Shown in pieces: positions 36,594 through 45,199 of a stretch of 64,000 bases of DNA (position 1 is its first letter; each line of letters opens with the position of its first letter). The DNA is taken from NCBI GenBank assembly GCA_038245295.1, contig JBBRSP010000002.1, positions 96,001 to 160,000 on the forward strand, in the 5' to 3' direction. Under the pieces are notes generated by a model. That model made no database searches, was not told the origin of the DNA, and saw nothing but the letters and a program-made list of their open reading frames with translations. The position numbers and the translations under genes were made by a program. Origin of the DNA: Candidatus Binatia bacterium (GTDB lineage: Bacteria; Desulfobacterota; Binatia; HRBIN30).

Positions 36594-38243
36594 CTACGTT
36601 TTGTTGCGATTCATGAGGTACTGCTGGACGATCGTCAACACGTTGTTGACGAGCCAGTAGAGTGACAGACCGGCCGGAAAGTTGACGAACATGAAGGTCA
36701 TCATGAGCGGCATGACCATCATCATTTGCCGCTGTGTCGGGTCGCCCATACTCGGGGTCATCCACTGCTGCAGGAACATACTGGCGCCCATCAGCAGGGT
36801 GAGAACCGGAATGCCGGGATGCTGCACGAACGGAATCTGCAAGGCGCCCAGACGATCCGGCGCGGCAAGGTCGTGGATCCAGAAAAAGAACGGCGCGTGG
36901 CGTAACTCGATGGCACTATTGAGCGCGGTGTAGAGTCCGATGAACACGGGAATCTGCAGCAGCATCGGTAGGCAGCCGCCGAGCGGATTCACCTTGTGCT
37001 TGCGGTACAGCTCCATGATCTCTTTGTTCATCTGCTCGCTGTTGTCTTTGAAGCGTTCGCGGATCTGCGTCATCTGCGGCTGCAGCTTCTGCATCTCCTT
37101 CATCGACTTCATGCTGGTGCGCGTGAGCGGGATGAACAGCACCTTGATGATGACGGTCATCAGGATAATGTCGAGACCGTAGTTGCCCGTGAAGGTGTGG
37201 AACACGCGCAGCACGTGCAACATCGGTAGGGCGATGAACCAAAAGATGCCGAGATCGACGGCACGATCGAAGTCGTGCCCGGCTGCCGTCAGCGCATCGA
37301 CATCCTTCGGTCCGGTGTAGAGGTCGAGCCCAACTTCCACGCTGCCTTGCGACATCGTGAGGAGGAGTTTCTCTTCGATCGTCTGGCCGCGCAGCTTGAG
37401 CCACAGACGCGGGTTGCGCGGTTCGCTCGGCGCCATGCCGACGAAGAAGTGGCTCCCGGAATGTCCAACCCAGCGCACGTCGACATCCTGGATCACTTTG
37501 CCGTCGCCGAGCGACGCGTAGGCATCGTTCTTCAGCTTGTGGGCTTCGAGATGGGCAACTTGATCGAAGGTGTGCGTCGGGCTGGCCGGTCCGGGAGGTG
37601 GCGTGCCTTCGCTCCAGGTCAGCGCCACTTCGTTGTAGGCGGCAGGCGCATTACTGACCGTGACGACGGCTTTGGAGCCGTAGGTATCACCTTTGAAGCT
37701 GAAGCGTTTACGCAGGCTAACGCCGTCGAGTGTTCCGGAGAGCTCGACAACACCTTCCTCACCGCCGGTGAGCTTCAACTCCGACACGTCGCTACTGTAC
37801 GACACGGCCGCATCGGAAAGCACCGCCGTACCTTGCGGACCACGCAGCTCGACACCAATCGGCACTTCGCCGCCCTGGCCGGGCAGGATCAGTTCCTGGG
37901 GCGGGCTGTCCGATTCCACCGTCGCCCGATAGTGCTTGAGTCGAATACTGGTGAGACGGCCGCCGATCGTGCTGAGTGTGGCGAAGTAACGCTCGGTCTC
38001 AACCTTGATCAGCTTCTCGGGCATGGCCGGCTGACCCGCGGCAAGCGCCGGTGCCGGACGGTCGTCGGGCACGGCCGCAGCCGGGTGCGGGGCATCCATT
38101 GACGGTGGCGCTGGTGCCGTCGAGGGCGGAGCGTCTTCGACGATCGCCGGACGAGTTTGGGGGAAGAAGCGCTGCAGCACTTCCTGGTAGACCATCAGAA
38201 TTGCGATCGAGATGCCGACCGCGAGCAGGACGCGTCGTTCCAT
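36594..38243 (-). CDS. yidC: Membrane protein insertase YidC
   Basis: YTGPK, NYGLDIILMT, KLQP, NPLGGCLPMLLQIPVF, PAGLSLYWLVNN. Confidence 0.97.
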   Translation of the reverse strand: MERRVLLAVGISIAILMVYQEVLQRFFPQTRPAIVEDAPPSTAPAPPSMDAPHPAAAVPDDRPAPALAAGQPAMPEKLIKVETERYFATLSTIGGRLTSIRLKHYRATVESDSPPQELILPGQGGEVPIGVELRGPQGTAVLSDAAVSYSSDVSELKLTGGEEGVVELSGTLDGVSLRKRFSFKGDTYGSKAVVTVSNAPAAYNEVALTWSEGTPPPGPASPTHTFDQVAHLEAHKLKNDAYASLGDGKVIQDVDVRWVGHSGSHFFVGMAPSEPRNPRLWLKLRGQTIEEKLLLTMSQGSVEVGLDLYTGPKDVDALTAAGHDFDRAVDLGIFWFIALPMLHVLRVFHTFTGNYGLDIILMTVIIKVLFIPLTRTSMKSMKEMQKLQPQMTQIRERFKDNSEQMNKEIMELYRKHKVNPLGGCLPMLLQIPVFIGLYTALNSAIELRHAPFFFWIHDLAAPDRLGALQIPFVQHPGIPVLTLLMGASMFLQQWMTPSMGDPTQRQMMMVMPLMMTFMFVNFPAGLSLYWLVNNVLTIVQQYLMNRNKT

Positions 38244-38252
38244 AGAGATTGC

Positions 38253-38465
38253 TCAGTGCACCGGGTCCCATCCGCCCGGATGAAACGGATGACAACGCGC
38301 CAATCGCCGCAAGGCCATCCAGGCGCCGCGTCGCACGCCGTGACGGTGAACCGCCTGGCGCGCATACTCGGAGCACGTCGGATGAAAGCGACAGGCGGGG
38401 CCGATCAACGGAGATAGGGTGACTCGATAGACGGCAACGAGCAGGTCAACGGCGCGAACCGTCAT
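38253..38465 (-). CDS. yidD: Membrane protein insertion efficiency factor YidD (start uncertain; frame open to 38624)
   Basis: [33 protein letters not shown]. Confidence 0.93.
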   Translation of the reverse strand: MTVRAVDLLVAVYRVTLSPLIGPACRFHPTCSEYARQAVHRHGVRRGAWMALRRLARCHPFHPGGWDPVH

Positions 38466-38610
38466 CGTCGGGCCATCCAGCGTGCCCAGCGGCTTTGATG
38501 AAAAGTTAGAAAACCCGGCTTCGACGGGCTCAGCCTGAGCGGTCCTTGGTCCTCGATCGCGAGCATCAGCCCGCTCGCCCTGAGCCCGTCGAAGGATGAG
38601 CTTGTGCACG

Positions 38611-39156
38611 TCAGGCGTCGACATGGAGCCCCAGCAAGAAACTCAGATCACGGTGCACTTCGGCGCGACCGATTTCGGCTGCCGCCGAGCGCGCAATGAC
38701 GACGATGTCACGTGGCTCGAGGAGGTGTTGGTGATGACGAAAAAACTCGCGCACCATCCGTTTGATCCGGTTGCGCACGACGGCGTTGCCGACCTTTCGG
38801 CTAGCGGTGATGCCCAGACGTGGCTCTGTTGCACGGGTCATGGCCGTAAGCACCACAAAGGTCGGTCGCGCTCGCCGTTGGCCAACCCGCTCGGTACGCA
38901 GGAACTCGGCCCGCTTGCGCAGGCGACGTGAGTTCGGAAAGCGGCGGTCGACTAACCGCGGCGTTGGCTCGGTTGCTTCGGCGGGATCGAGACCGTAAGG
39001 CGCTTGCGCCCCTTGTCGCGTCGGCGCTTCAGTACGGCGCGGCCGCCGGGAGTTGCCATACGGGCGCGAAAGCCGTGAGTGCGTTTGCGACGCCGGTTGC
39101 TCGGTTGAAATGTTCGTTTCATCACTGCCTCTCGGAGGTTTGGCCGTGCCAGCCAT
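38611..39156 (-). CDS. rnpA: Ribonuclease P protein component with apparent N-terminal extension overlapping rpmH
   Basis: [29 protein letters not shown] (RNR motif), DIVVIAR; the only ATG/GTG/TTG upstream of the conserved N-terminus is ATG 39156. Confidence 0.9.
   Translation of the reverse strand: MAGTAKPPRGSDETNISTEQPASQTHSRLSRPYGNSRRPRRTEAPTRQGAQAPYGLDPAEATEPTPRLVDRRFPNSRRLRKRAEFLRTERVGQRRARPTFVVLTAMTRATEPRLGITASRKVGNAVVRNRIKRMVREFFRHHQHLLEPRDIVVIARSAAAEIGRAEVHRDLSFLLGLHVDA
38952..39122 (-). CDS. rpmH: 50S ribosomal protein L34
   Basis: Manual translation: [65 protein letters not shown]. Confidence 0.97.
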   Translation of the reverse strand: MKRTFQPSNRRRKRTHGFRARMATPGGRAVLKRRRDKGRKRLTVSIPPKQPSQRRG

Positions 39157-39198
39157 TTCTCACCACGGCCGACGATCTATTCGTTTCGGCGGCACGCA

Positions 39199-39226
39199 GG
39201 ACTAACAAACAAAACCCTGCCGTCAA
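39199..39226 (-). promoter_or_regulatory. Candidate sigma70 promoter for the rpmH-rnpA operon
   Basis: TTGACG-16 nt (with TG)-TAGTCC on the minus strand; -10 element is imperfect. Confidence 0.35.
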
Positions 39227-39315
39227 GTCGTTTGACCCCAAAAGCAGGTTCGCATGCCCTTGCCCTGAGCACCGTCGCAACGTCGAGATTTTCAGACGAA
39301 CGGGTCGCCCGCTGC

Positions 39316-39546
39316 CTAAGCAGCGGCAGCGACGGCGTCCGTCTTCTTCGCGTATTCCTTGGCGTAGTGCTCGACGCACAAGCTGCGACGTGAGCGTGGC
39401 TTGTGGCAGTTCTCGGCGGTGCAGATCGTGTAGCGCGGCTTGCCAAGCTTGCCTTTGCGCCACTGGCGATAGTGCCGGTCGCAGTAGCCCTTGGCGCGGA
39501 CGTCCTTCTCGCAGGCCTCAGCCTTGCACGTTCCTTTGTTCGACAT
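39316..39546 (-). CDS. Small basic protein with two Cx4Cx9Cx2H zinc-finger-like repeats (myxobacterial vegetative-protein-like)
   Basis: CKAEAC..KGYCDRHY and CTAENC..SLCVEHY; GGAGG RBS; 4 nt after the gpsA stop. Confidence 0.75.
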   Translation of the reverse strand: MSNKGTCKAEACEKDVRAKGYCDRHYRQWRKGKLGKPRYTICTAENCHKPRSRRSLCVEHYAKEYAKKTDAVAAAA

Positions 39547-39550
39547 GTTC

Positions 39551-40549
39551 CTACCTCCAAAATTCCGGCTTGGCCTGGCGGCGCATCAAATCGCCGACCA
39601 CCTGCGAAGCGGGCTTGCCCTCGTGAAGCAGAAGGCGGACCTGTTCTGCAATGGGCATCTCAACTCCGGCCTGTCTTGCCAGGCCTGAGACACTGATGCT
39701 GTTGCGCACCCCTTCGGCCACTTGACGGGTGCTGGCCATGATATCGTCGAGCGTTTCTCCGCGTCCTAGTCGTAGCCCGACCGTGCGGTTGCGGCTCAAA
39801 TCACCGGTGCAGGTAAGCACCAGATCACCGACACCGGAGAGGCCGGAGACGGTCATTTCGGCGCCGCCCATCTTGGCGACCAGCCGGCCGATCTCTGCAA
39901 CGCCGCGGGTAATCAGCGCCGCGCGGCTGCTGTGGCCGAGCCCAAGCCCATCACTGACGCCGGCGGCAATCGCGATGACGTTCTTCACCGCGCCACCGAG
40001 CTCGACACCGACGCAATCATTGCCGGTGTAAACGCGGAAGGTGGGCGCTTGGAACGCCGCCTGCGCCGCCTGGGCGGCAGCCTCCGAGCATGACGCGGCG
40101 ACCACGGCGGTCGGCATCCCGGCGGCAACTTCTTTGGCAAAGCTCGGACCGGACAGCGCCACGACGCGCCCCGGATCGCCGAACACTTCGGCGAGAACCT
40201 CGGTCATGCGCTTGAGCGAGCCTTCTTCGACACCCTTCGAGGCCGAGACAACCACCGGGGAGCCGCTGGCGAAGGGCCGCGCCGCGAGCATGACCTCGCG
40301 CATGACGTGTGACGGACTGGCCGCCAACAACATCTCGGCCCCGTGCACCGCCTCTTCCATCACGTTGGTGGCGCGTAGGCTCTCCGGCAACTCGAGCCCA
40401 GGCAAGTAGGTGGAATTTTGTCGCGTCTCATTCAGCGTGCGGCACAACTCGGCGTTGCGCAGCCACATGGTGACCGCATGGCCATTGTCGGCCAACAGCT
40501 TCGCCAGAGAGGTGCCGAAGCTGCCGCCGCCGATCACACCAATTCGCAT
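39551..40549 (-). CDS. gpsA: NAD(P)H-dependent glycerol-3-phosphate dehydrogenase
   Basis: GGGSFGT, SKG, LSGPSFA, GAVKNVIAIAAG, GDLVLTC..SRN, VAEG. Confidence 0.96.
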   Translation of the reverse strand: MRIGVIGGGSFGTSLAKLLADNGHAVTMWLRNAELCRTLNETRQNSTYLPGLELPESLRATNVMEEAVHGAEMLLAASPSHVMREVMLAARPFASGSPVVVSASKGVEEGSLKRMTEVLAEVFGDPGRVVALSGPSFAKEVAAGMPTAVVAASCSEAAAQAAQAAFQAPTFRVYTGNDCVGVELGGAVKNVIAIAAGVSDGLGLGHSSRAALITRGVAEIGRLVAKMGGAEMTVSGLSGVGDLVLTCTGDLSRNRTVGLRLGRGETLDDIMASTRQVAEGVRNSISVSGLARQAGVEMPIAEQVRLLLHEGKPASQVVGDLMRRQAKPEFWR

Positions 40550-40685
40550 GGCCGCGACTTGGCACAACGGGGGACGGGGTTCAACACAAGGTCGGCGGTT
40601 GCGCGGTTGGGCGGCAGGTAAATGGGTCCCACCCTTTACGGCGTTGCGGAGCCGGAGGCCAACAGATCAAAGGCGGGACGTGTAA

Positions 40686-41924
40686 TCACGGGACCTGGCC
40701 GGAGTCAGCGCCGACCTGCAGCGACGACTCATCCACGACTTCAAAGTCGGCGCCGTGCAGTTGCTGCAGCTGGTGCAGATCATCGTTGTCCCAGCGCGCG
40801 TCGGCGACGCCGCTGACGAACATCGATGAGCCGTTGTCGGCGAGGAGCATGCCGTATTTCTTCAGGGCGGTGAGGATGACCTGGTTGTGCGCCGAATAGG
40901 CTGACATGTCGAACGACGACTTGAGCCGCAGGCGGATGCCCATCGGCGGCAGGCTCGGGTCGGACGATGAGCTGGCGAAGTGTCGCGCCGGCCAGACATA
41001 GGAGCGCTGCGTCTGGCTGGCGGTGAAACGTAGCGCGTGGTTGATGCTTCCGGCGGCGACCTCGTCGTAACGCGCCAGTCCGGGCAGCATTGGCAGGCCA
41101 GCCGCGTCGGCCGAGGTCCAGGTGTCCGAGCGCAGGTTGTTGCTGTTGAGGTCCCACGTCGCGCCGGATCCGGCGCTCCACGACTTGCCGCGGCCGTGCC
41201 AGCGGGCACTGTAAATCTCGTACAAATGACAGGTCGCCGAATCGACGATCAGGATGTGCCGGTCGCCGGCTCCGTCACCTGGCCGCTTGCCGCCTTCGAT
41301 TGGTGCGTAGGGCGGGATTGGATACGGACCGGCGTCACTCTCGTCGGCGTATAGAAAGCTGATGGGGATGAGCGGCTGGATGCTCGGCACCACAGTGTAG
41401 GGGATGCCGATGGGTCGTTTGTTGTAGAGCCCCGAACCGAAGTCGGGATGCAGAGCGTTCGCGGCACCGATGCTGTTGATCCAGGTCGTCGAGCTCGCGT
41501 GCACCGGAAGCGCCGAAATATCCGCGTTCCAGACATTGTTCGTCGGGAACAGGGTGCACGGCACCGGCAACGGTTGCGGAATACAGCCTTTGATGTAGGC
41601 GGCGCAGCGTTGGCCGCCGTCATCATTGAGAAAGATCGTGCAAGTCGGCGGTGGCGTCGTGCGCGCCGGGTTGCCGATGGCCGCCAGTGTGCAGCCTCGC
41701 GAGCTGCTGCCGGTGCTGCGGACACAGGTCGTTTGATTGTCGAACGCCTGGCTTTCCAGGCTCAGCTCATTACCCCAGCGCAGGGTACCGACAATGCCGC
41801 TGGCACTGACGATGATGGTCCCGTCGCGCATGTGGCCGGTGCGGCATCGGGTTACGCCGTGCGCCGCAGGCGAAGAGAATAGGACAAGCGCCAGTGCCAG
41901 AGGGGCGACGCGAAGCTCGCGCAT
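40686..41924 (-). CDS. Secreted protein: Cys-rich N-domain plus a C-domain of unknown function
   Basis: Signal peptide; FPTNNVWN.DIS, GIPY, GDRH, SADAAGLP, INHALRFT, ALKKYG..LADNG. Confidence 0.7.
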   Translation of the reverse strand: MRELRVAPLALALVLFSSPAAHGVTRCRTGHMRDGTIIVSASGIVGTLRWGNELSLESQAFDNQTTCVRSTGSSSRGCTLAAIGNPARTTPPPTCTIFLNDDGGQRCAAYIKGCIPQPLPVPCTLFPTNNVWNADISALPVHASSTTWINSIGAANALHPDFGSGLYNKRPIGIPYTVVPSIQPLIPISFLYADESDAGPYPIPPYAPIEGGKRPGDGAGDRHILIVDSATCHLYEIYSARWHGRGKSWSAGSGATWDLNSNNLRSDTWTSADAAGLPMLPGLARYDEVAAGSINHALRFTASQTQRSYVWPARHFASSSSDPSLPPMGIRLRLKSSFDMSAYSAHNQVILTALKKYGMLLADNGSSMFVSGVADARWDNDDLHQLQQLHGADFEVVDESSLQVGADSGQVP

Positions 41925-42005
41925 GGTGGTTCCCTTTCGCGGTCAAGGATGCCTCAAGCGGAGGCGGCAAGCCATCGGTTTTCTCGACGGACGGGCGCGT
42001 CGACG

Positions 42006-43508
42006 TCAGGCCCGCGTGCGCCACAGCAGCAGCGCCGCGATGGCAACGACACTCCAGGCAAACACGTCACCGAAACGGGTGTAGAAGGTTTGCAGATCGA
42101 GCAGATGCACCGGCGCTTCGACGACTTCGGTGGTGAACAATCCACCCTGGGCCACAACACGACCGGCAGCATCGATGACGGCGGTGACGCCGGAGTTCGA
42201 GCCACGCAGCAAATAGCGGCGATTCTCGACAGTGCGCCACAAGGCAAGCGCCTGATGTTGATACGGCGCCGCGCTATCGCCATACCACGCGTCGTTGAGG
42301 ATATTGATCAGCACTTGTGCGCCGGCCTCGGTCGTATGGCGCGGCATGTTGGAGACGATGTCCTCGTAACAAATGAGTTGCCCGACCTTCGCTTTGCCGC
42401 CGATGTCGAACACGGCGACCTGGCTGCCGCTGGTGAAGTGACCGGTTTCCGGACTAAGTTTGTAGATCCACGGGAAATACTCGCCGAGCGGAATGTACTC
42501 GCCGAACGGCATCAGGATGCGTTTGTCGTAACGATCGCGCAGTTGCGCCCCAGGACCCATCAGAAAGGCGCTGTTGAACTCGTCGGCCATGTCCGGCCCC
42601 GTCAGTCGGAACGACAGGCCGCCGAAGATGAGGTTGGTGCGCAGGATGCCGAACGGGTTCTCCTTCGGCGGGATGGTGGTCGCGTCGACCGGGATCCAGT
42701 GTTGGTTGACCGTCTCCGGCCAGACGATCAGGTCGACACGATCCTGCAGCTCGGCCGACAGATCCTGATACTTGTCGAGGTTGACATCGAAGTAGCGAAC
42801 GTCGCCTTTCTCTTTGAGGCCGACGTTGCCTTGCACCAGCGCCACACGCAGGGTGGGGGCGGCGGCGATCGCCGCATCGACCTGCGGCAGACGGACTTCT
42901 CCGTACACGAACAACGCGATGGCCGCAGCGCTCGCCGCTAGCAGCGGCACAAATCGGCGCTGCGATTCGAGAATCGCATAGGTCACTGCCGACGCAAACC
43001 AAACGATGACGAAGCTCAGCCCGTACGGCCCGGTGATCTCACCGATCTGGATGAGCGCCGGCACCTGCCACTGAGTGTGCCCCATGCGCCACGGAAACTC
43101 GTTCGGAAAGAGGAACTCCAGACTCACCCACAGGAATGGCGCCGCCAAGCCGAGGGCTCCGAATCCAACCCGGCGCCAGGCCACGGCAAAGAGCAGGAAC
43201 TCCGTGGCGGTGAGGATCGTGAGCAACGCGTACAGCGCGATGGCAACGGCATAGGGAAAGCCACCGAACACCTCGAAGGTGTAGGCCAGCCAGTAGAACG
43301 CCGGCAGGTTGGTGACGAGGCCGGCGACATACCCAACGCGCGCCGCCTGCCGCGCCGACTGCGTCTGGCGCAGGGCCCACAGCAGCGGCACGAATGCGAC
43401 CCAGGCAAGCGGGTACAACCAGAAACGCAGGAAGCTGGCGGCGATCGCCGCGCCACTGGCGGCGGCGGCCCAGTAAAGCCGCGATGTCTTGGGAGCGGAA
43501 GGCGCCAA
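42006..43508 (-). CDS. lnt: Apolipoprotein N-acyltransferase
   Basis: E-K-C triad: VWPE, YDKRILMPFGEY, ICYE; VQGN, NDAWYG, NSGVT. Confidence 0.95.
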   Translation of the reverse strand: MAPSAPKTSRLYWAAAASGAAIAASFLRFWLYPLAWVAFVPLLWALRQTQSARQAARVGYVAGLVTNLPAFYWLAYTFEVFGGFPYAVAIALYALLTILTATEFLLFAVAWRRVGFGALGLAAPFLWVSLEFLFPNEFPWRMGHTQWQVPALIQIGEITGPYGLSFVIVWFASAVTYAILESQRRFVPLLAASAAAIALFVYGEVRLPQVDAAIAAAPTLRVALVQGNVGLKEKGDVRYFDVNLDKYQDLSAELQDRVDLIVWPETVNQHWIPVDATTIPPKENPFGILRTNLIFGGLSFRLTGPDMADEFNSAFLMGPGAQLRDRYDKRILMPFGEYIPLGEYFPWIYKLSPETGHFTSGSQVAVFDIGGKAKVGQLICYEDIVSNMPRHTTEAGAQVLINILNDAWYGDSAAPYQHQALALWRTVENRRYLLRGSNSGVTAVIDAAGRVVAQGGLFTTEVVEAPVHLLDLQTFYTRFGDVFAWSVVAIAALLLWRTRA

Positions 43509-43520
43509 ACTGGGCGCCGG

Positions 43521-43724
43521 TCAGCGGTTCTTCAGGCCCAGGGCTTGCGGACCCTTCTCGCCCTTGCGCACCTGGAACTCGACCTCTTCGCCCTCGCGTA
43601 GATCGTCGAAGATGACGCGCGGCGCCAGGCTGCTGCGGTGGAAGAACACATCGTCGCTGCCGTCGTCGGGTGTCACGAAGCCGAATCCCTTGTCGCGTAC
43701 GATTTTCTTGATGGTACCAAACAT
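43521..43724 (-). CDS. Cold-shock domain protein
   Basis: KGFGFV (RNP1), DVFFH (RNP2), KGPQA; GGAGGAG RBS. Confidence 0.93.
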   Translation of the reverse strand: MFGTIKKIVRDKGFGFVTPDDGSDDVFFHRSSLAPRVIFDDLREGEEVEFQVRKGEKGPQALGLKNR

Positions 43725-43752
43725 GTCGTCTCTCCTCCGCTTGTGAAACGCC

Positions 43753-45051
43753 TCAACGGCGCCGTGGCGGCCCGCCACGACGGCCACCGGGTGGTCGACC
43801 GCCATGTCCCCCACCGGGCCGGTGCGTGGTTTCTCGGCGAGCTCCTTTGGGTGCAACGAACAGCTCGTCGCTCGGTTCGCCAACGGGAATCTTGAAGGTG
43901 GTGAGCTGCTCGATGCTCTCGAGCGCCTCGACATAGTCCTCACACGCTAAACTGATCGCCTTCCCGGAGGCGCCGGCACGCGCCGTGCGGCCGACGCGAT
44001 GGACATAGTTCTCCGGGTCCTGCGGCAGATCGTAGTTGAACACGTGTGTCACATCGTCGATGTGCAGGCCGCGCGACGCGACATCCGTGGCGACCAAGAT
44101 CGGCAGCTCTCCGGAGCCGAACTCCTTGACGACACGCAGGCGCACGCGTTGATCGAGATCACCCGTAATGGCGCGAGCGCGGTAACCGTTCTCATCGAGG
44201 CGATTGGCCAACCACTCGCCGGTGCGCTTGGTATTCACGAAAACCATGGCCCGCTGCGGTTTCTCGCGCGCGAGTAGACCCAACATGAGAGGCAACTTCT
44301 CGTTTTTGCCGACGTGAAACAGCTCATGCTCGACATTGATCGCCGTCACCTGCTCGGGATTCACCGCGACTTTCACGGGATCGTTCATGTGTTCGTAGGC
44401 AAGCTCCATCACCGAGTACGACAGAGTTGCTGAGAACAGCATCGATTGGCGACGGTTGTATGGCGGCAGGCGTCGTAACATGAAGCGCAGATCGGCGATG
44501 AAGCCCATGTCGAACATGCGGTCGGCTTCGTCGATCACCAGGACCTGAACATGGCGCAGCGAGTAGACGTGTTGCTTGAAATAGTCGATCAGCCGCCCGG
44601 GGGTGCCAATCAAGATGTCGCAGCCTTGCGCCAACAAGTCGCGTTGCTTGCGATAGTCGATGCCACCAAACACGGCCTGCATGGACAAGCCGGTAAACTG
44701 CCCGAGCGCCTGGGCATCGCGCAGGATCTGCATCACCAGTTCGCGGGTCGGAGCGATGACGAGCGCACGCGGCGCCGGTTCCTGGCTGTCGGCTGGTGGA
44801 TGGGCGAGCAAACGGGTGAACGTGGTGACCAGGAACGCGGCCGTCTTGCCGGTGCCGGTTTGCGCCTGACCGGCGACATCCTTCCCCGTGATCGAGAGAG
44901 GCAAGATGCGGGCTTGAATCGGTGTGCACTTCTCGAAGCCGACTGCACGGATGCCACGTTGCACCGGTTCCGGGAGAGAAAGTTCGTCGAATCTCTCGAC
45001 GACAGGAGTAGCCCCCGGCTCTACCGATGGCGTGGCTGTTTGCGAAGTCAC
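43753..45051 (-). CDS. DEAD-box RNA helicase (RhlB-like)
   Basis: Q motif, AQTGTGKT, PTREL, TPGRL, DEAD, SAT, SRGL, HRVGRTAR. Confidence 0.93.
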   Translation of the reverse strand: MTSQTATPSVEPGATPVVERFDELSLPEPVQRGIRAVGFEKCTPIQARILPLSITGKDVAGQAQTGTGKTAAFLVTTFTRLLAHPPADSQEPAPRALVIAPTRELVMQILRDAQALGQFTGLSMQAVFGGIDYRKQRDLLAQGCDILIGTPGRLIDYFKQHVYSLRHVQVLVIDEADRMFDMGFIADLRFMLRRLPPYNRRQSMLFSATLSYSVMELAYEHMNDPVKVAVNPEQVTAINVEHELFHVGKNEKLPLMLGLLAREKPQRAMVFVNTKRTGEWLANRLDENGYRARAITGDLDQRVRLRVVKEFGSGELPILVATDVASRGLHIDDVTHVFNYDLPQDPENYVHRVGRTARAGASGKAISLACEDYVEALESIEQLTTFKIPVGEPSDELFVAPKGARRETTHRPGGGHGGRPPGGRRGGPPRRR

Positions 45052-45199
45052 CGGGCGCGCAATCTAGCGCCACCCCGGTGGAGCCACAACCCAATCCGGG
45101 GTGACCGCCGGTGCCCCCCCATTGGCAGTGGCGCAGAAAAACGGATAGGAACGCGCGCAACAAAGCATGCGAAGTTGGCACCACAGTCCGCAGGGTACC

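Noticed and set aside
39160..39315. oriC/dnaA region expected upstream of rpmH
   Set aside because: No dnaA gene and no TTATCCACA-like box cluster seen
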